Shown piece by piece: positions 60,180 to 64,000 of a stretch of DNA of 64,000 bases. Location of the stretch: contig CATNEN010000001.1 of assembly GCA_950097015.1 (NCBI GenBank), positions 3,844,001-3,908,000 of the forward strand, in the 5' to 3' direction. This DNA comes from Macrostomum hystrix (taxonomy: Eukaryota > Animalia > Platyhelminthes). Numbering within the stretch: position 1 is the stretch's first letter; the number at the start of each line of letters is the position of its first letter. A program made the position numbers and the translations under genes. The notes under the pieces are model-generated. The model was not told the DNA's origin. It was given only the letters and a program-made list of their open reading frames with translations, and made no database searches.

Positions 60180-60405
60180 ATTGAGCACAGCTGACTATTC
60201 ATCTTGAGCACAGCTGACCCATCCATCATCTTGACCACAGCTGACTATTCATCTTGAGCACAGTTGACCCATCATCTTGAGCACAATTGACCCATCATCT
60301 TGAGCACAGCTGACTATCTTGAGCACAGCTGACCCATCATCCAGAGCACAGCTGACCCATCATCCAGAGCACAGCTGACCCATCATCCAGAGCACAGCTG
60401 ACCCA
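60180..60405. repeat. ~22-bp repeat (GAGCACAGCTGACCCATCATC) directly upstream of RTF2
   Basis: Direct periodicity. Confidence 0.85.
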
Positions 60406-60428
60406 TTTATCTGTCTGTTGCAGCCAGC

Positions 60429-62008
60429 ATGGGCGGAGACGGCGGAAGCATTCCGAAGCGCATAGAACTGGTTCGCAGTCGCCAGAAACCAGAACAGGTG
60501 ACCAAGGAGGCTGAACTAGCTGCCAAATGGCGCCACTGTCAGTTGTCTCAGGAGCTGCTGATGCGACCAATCGTATCCTGCCAGCTTGGCCGAATGTACA
60601 ACAAAACTGCCGCCTTGGAGTTCCTACTCGATAGGGAGAAATTTGGCACCTCGGCTGCAGCCAGCGGCGCTTTTGATCATATCCGATCGTTGAAGGATTT
60701 ACGAGAATTGCGGCTGGCTGACAATCCGGAAGGACAGGTTTGTCTGATCTTAAAATAATATTTTTCTCATTCTTGTTCATTTCTTTCATTGTTCTCAGAA
60801 TACAACCTCGATTCTAGGAATATCAGATCATTCTTAGAATTGCGATCCTGATTCTTAAAATATCTGTTTCCATTCTTAGAAGGACAGTCTCGATTCTTAG
60901 AATGACAGCCTCGATTCTTAGAATGACACTCTCAATTCTTAGAATGACAGTATCGATTCTTAAAATGACAGTCTTGATTCTTAGAATAGCAGTCTCGATT
61001 CTTGGAAGGACAGACTCGATTCTTAGAATGACAGCCTCGATTCTTAAAATGACACTCGTGATTATTAGAATGAAACTCTCGATTCCTAGAATGACACTCT
61101 CGATTTTTAGAATGACAGTCTCGAATCTTAGAATGACAGTCTCGTTACTTAGAATGGTGGTCCTGATTCTTAAAATTGCGGTCCCGATTCTTGGAATGGC
61201 GGTCCTGATTTTTATAATGGTGTCCTGAATCTTATAATAGCGGTCCTGATTAAAAAAATGGTTTTTCTGCTTTCTAGAATGACAGTCTTGATTCTTATAC
61301 GACAATTGCGCTAAATTGAATTAGTGCATAACAAATTACTGTTTGTTATGACCGGCCTCTGTAATCTCCCCTGTCTTCCAGGAGAAGGCGGCTTCGTCGT
61401 CGGCTGCTGGCGCCGGCTCAGCCGCCGCCTCGGCCGCCACACCCTACGCCTGCCCGCTGTCTGGCGTCGAAATGAACGGCCGATTTCGCTTCGTATTTCC
61501 CTGGTCCTGCGGCTGCGTTCTGGCCGAGAAAGCTGTCGATCGTCTGACACTGTCTTCGTCTTCATCATCTTCAAAGAAGCCATCAGCTTGTCCAGTCTGT
61601 CAGAAGCCGGACGCAATGTCCGATCTTGTCGTACTGAATCCGACTAGCGAATCGGAAATAGCCGCTGCTGCCGCTGCTATGGCAACCAGAAAGCGTCTTG
61701 TAAAACAGCAGCGCGCCGATGATTCTAAGAAAGCTTCTAAGGCGTCGTCTAGTGCGGCCGCTTCATCTTCATCTACTACTAATAGTAGCGGTAAGCGAAA
61801 GCAACAATCAGAGTTGCCAGCTTCAGCAGCTTCAAAGATTGCCCGGCCATCGGCTGCTTCAGCTTCAGCTTCTACTTCTAGTAGTAGCAGCATTCAGAAT
61901 GACCCAAACGCTTCTGCCGCCTTAAAATCGCTGTTCACCAGTTCCAAGGAGGCCAAATCGCAGGCCAAAGCGCACTGGGTCACCTTCAATCCGGGCTATT
62001 TTCGTTGA
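60429..62008 (+). CDS. RTF2: Replication termination factor 2 (311 aa); exons 60429-60737 and 61382-62008
   Basis: MGGDGGSIPKRIELV, W.HC.LSQE.L..PIVSC.LGR.YNK, HIRSLKD, YACPLSGVEMNGRFRF..W.CGCV..EKA, CPVC, SLFTS, HWVTFNP. Confidence 0.95.
60795..61300. repeat. Degenerate 21-bp intronic minisatellite (GATTCTTAGAATGACAGTCTC)
   Basis: Direct periodicity. Confidence 0.9.
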
Positions 62009-62632
62009 CCAAATTTAGTGTTTTTTTATAATTATTCTTATTCTAATCTAACTACTATGCTTATTAATTAGAATATGCTGCGTTTTTATTCAGAACAGAA
62101 TGTTCTTGCAAATATGTTTTAATAATGCTTGTGTAATACAGTTTAAACGTACTTTCATGCTGTTCACGCTGATGTTGTTCATTTAACGGTAATTAAACAA
62201 CCCAGGTTTGAAAAATAAGTTCCGTAACGATCTACTTTCGTTTTTTGCTATTCAAACAAAAATACGGGTAAATATATTATCTAATTCTTCAGTCTTGTGT
62301 TTTTGCCACTTAGAAAGTCATAACTTCAAAAGTGCATATTTTTAACACTAGCAGGTGTCGTCCAAATTGCGCACCTTATTGGCCAAAAATGAATTTAAAA
62401 AGTGAGAGCGGGTAAAATATATATTTCATAGATGAGACCGGGAAAAGAGAACATGTGAGAAGAGGTAATAAAGGAAAGTAAAGGCACGGTACGGAAGAAG
62501 TGACAGGTGATTGTAAGTGTTGGAGGATGCTAGGTGTTGAAATGGAGGGAGAGTAGAAGCGATAAAAACAGAAGGGTAAGAGGGGATTAGAGGGAGAATA
62601 AAATAGTAAGAGGACACTTTAATACCGAATTA

Positions 62633-63180
62633 TTCGTCCTGACAGGTAATACTTCGTCTTGACAGCTAATAGTTCGTCCTGACAGTTAATAGTTCGTCTT
62701 GACAGTTAGTACGAGTACTTCGTCCTGACAGTTAATAGTTCGTCCTGACAGTTAATAGTTCGTCCTGACAGTTAATAGTTCGTCCTGACACAGTTAATAG
62801 TTCGTCCTGACAGTTAATAGTTCGTCTTGACAGTTAATAGTTCGTCTTGACAGTTAATAGTTCGTCCTGACACAGTTAATAGTTCGTCCTGACAGTTAAT
62901 AGTTCGTCTTGACAGTTAATAGTTCGTCTTGACAGTTAATAGTTCGTCCTGACACAGTTAATACTTCGTCTTGACAGTTAATAGTTCGTCCTGACAGTTA
63001 ATACTTCGTCTTGACAGTTAATACTTCGTCCTGAGACAGTTAATAGTTCGTCCTGACAGTTAATACTTCGTCCTGACAGTTAATACTTCGTCTTGACAGT
63101 TAATACTTCGTCTTGACAGTTAATACTTCGTCCTGGCTGTTAATAGTTCGTCCTGACAGTTTATACTTCGTCCTGGCTGT
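62633..63180. repeat. 20-bp minisatellite (GACAGTTAATAGTTCGTCCT), ~27 copies
   Basis: Direct periodicity. Confidence 0.95.
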
Positions 63181-63689
63181 TATTTACAATGAACGGCAGA
63201 CGAAACGACCGTCAACACGATTTAGGTTGGTTTAATTGTAAAATTTCTTAAAGAATAAAACTTTTTTGTTATATTTCAACATCCTCGAAGGTCCACTCAA
63301 AATCTAGATTTGTAGTTCTATATACTCGTAGTTATATTATGTAGCTTAAGCTCATCGCTCAAGCCAGCTGAAACTACGAGTATTCAAAAGCGGCCTGTCC
63401 TTTCTTATTGTTGCGTTTTGTGATCATAAAAGAGACGAAAAGTGTTGTGATCGTGTGATGTTACCATCGTAGCGTTTCGTATATTGGATAGTGACAGAAA
63501 TGCTAAAAGAGAGGATGATAAAGCGGTATATAACCGGCGTCGTAGCCAGACTTTTTTGTGTTATATGAGAGTTTTGCAGCCAAGCCTTTGCTTTTCTACT
63601 GTTGTCAGTAGTCTGAATTGTATCTCTCACAAACTTAGAAAATACTTTTTTAACGGAAAGGAATTCATTTGTTTTGCTTCTATTTTTAG

Positions 63690-63860
63690 CCTGTCAAGGG
63701 CTGCGGCACTAACACTTGTCCTAACTATCTGTACTTTGGCACTTGTCACATCTGCTCGACCGATTTTTGCAACGGTGGCGTTAAATTTGCACCCATTGCG
63801 GCCGGCTCTCTACTCGCTTGTGTTGCCGCTGTTGCTATGGCAACCCGTCTGGTCACTTAA
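63690..63860 (+). pseudogene. Ly6 paralog 3, last exon only
   Basis: TTTTTAG acceptor, then PVKGCGTNTCPNYLYFGTCHICSTDFCNGGVKFAPIAAGSLLACVAAVAMATRLVT*; promoter-like homology at 63428-63560 but no exon 1 or 2 in between. Confidence 0.7.
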
Positions 63861-64000
63861 TCTCTTGAACAACGAACAAAAATTGAGAGAACATAATTTT
63901 AACTTGCGAACAAAATGAACAGAAATAGTTCCGCATCCTTTTCTCTAGTAGCCTGTATCCTTTTTATCCAGAGCCACACACCTTACAAAACTCACTAACT

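Noticed and set aside
60823-61305. ILRIETV heptad ORFs
   Set aside because: 21-bp repeat inside the RTF2 intron

Overview
Animal (invertebrate) genomic DNA, not prokaryotic: it has GT-AG introns, minisatellite-filled introns and dense transposon nests. The style would fit a flatworm such as Macrostomum, but that is inference only. Host genes: three paralogous GPI-anchored Ly6/three-finger genes (one reduced to its last exon); a cluster of two-exon secreted prepropeptide genes at 18.2-25.1 kb that the ORF track misses (signal + acidic pro-piece + phase-0 intron + 8-aa spacer ending in K + cationic/aromatic peptide; two intact, three decayed); two tandem reprolysin (M12B) metalloprotease paralogs with a nearly identical pro-domain but a hypervariable catalytic exon; and an RSRC2-like gene closely followed by RTF2 (possible trans-spliced operon). 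The standout mobile element is a young, structurally complete LTR retroelement (593-bp LTRs, AATG TSD, tRNA-Leu PBS, PPT, -1 frameshift signal with a predicted pseudoknot). It encodes Gag, an intact DD35E integrase and an orphan ORF3, but a long acidic linker with FFAT-like motifs sits where protease, RT and RNase H should be. Other mobile elements: a Penelope element with inverted pLTRs and hammerhead ribozymes; Helitron, Tc1, Crypton, P-like, RTE and RT-RNaseH LINE remnants; SINEs, MITEs, solo LTRs and many tandem repeats. All alignments and counts were done by eye.
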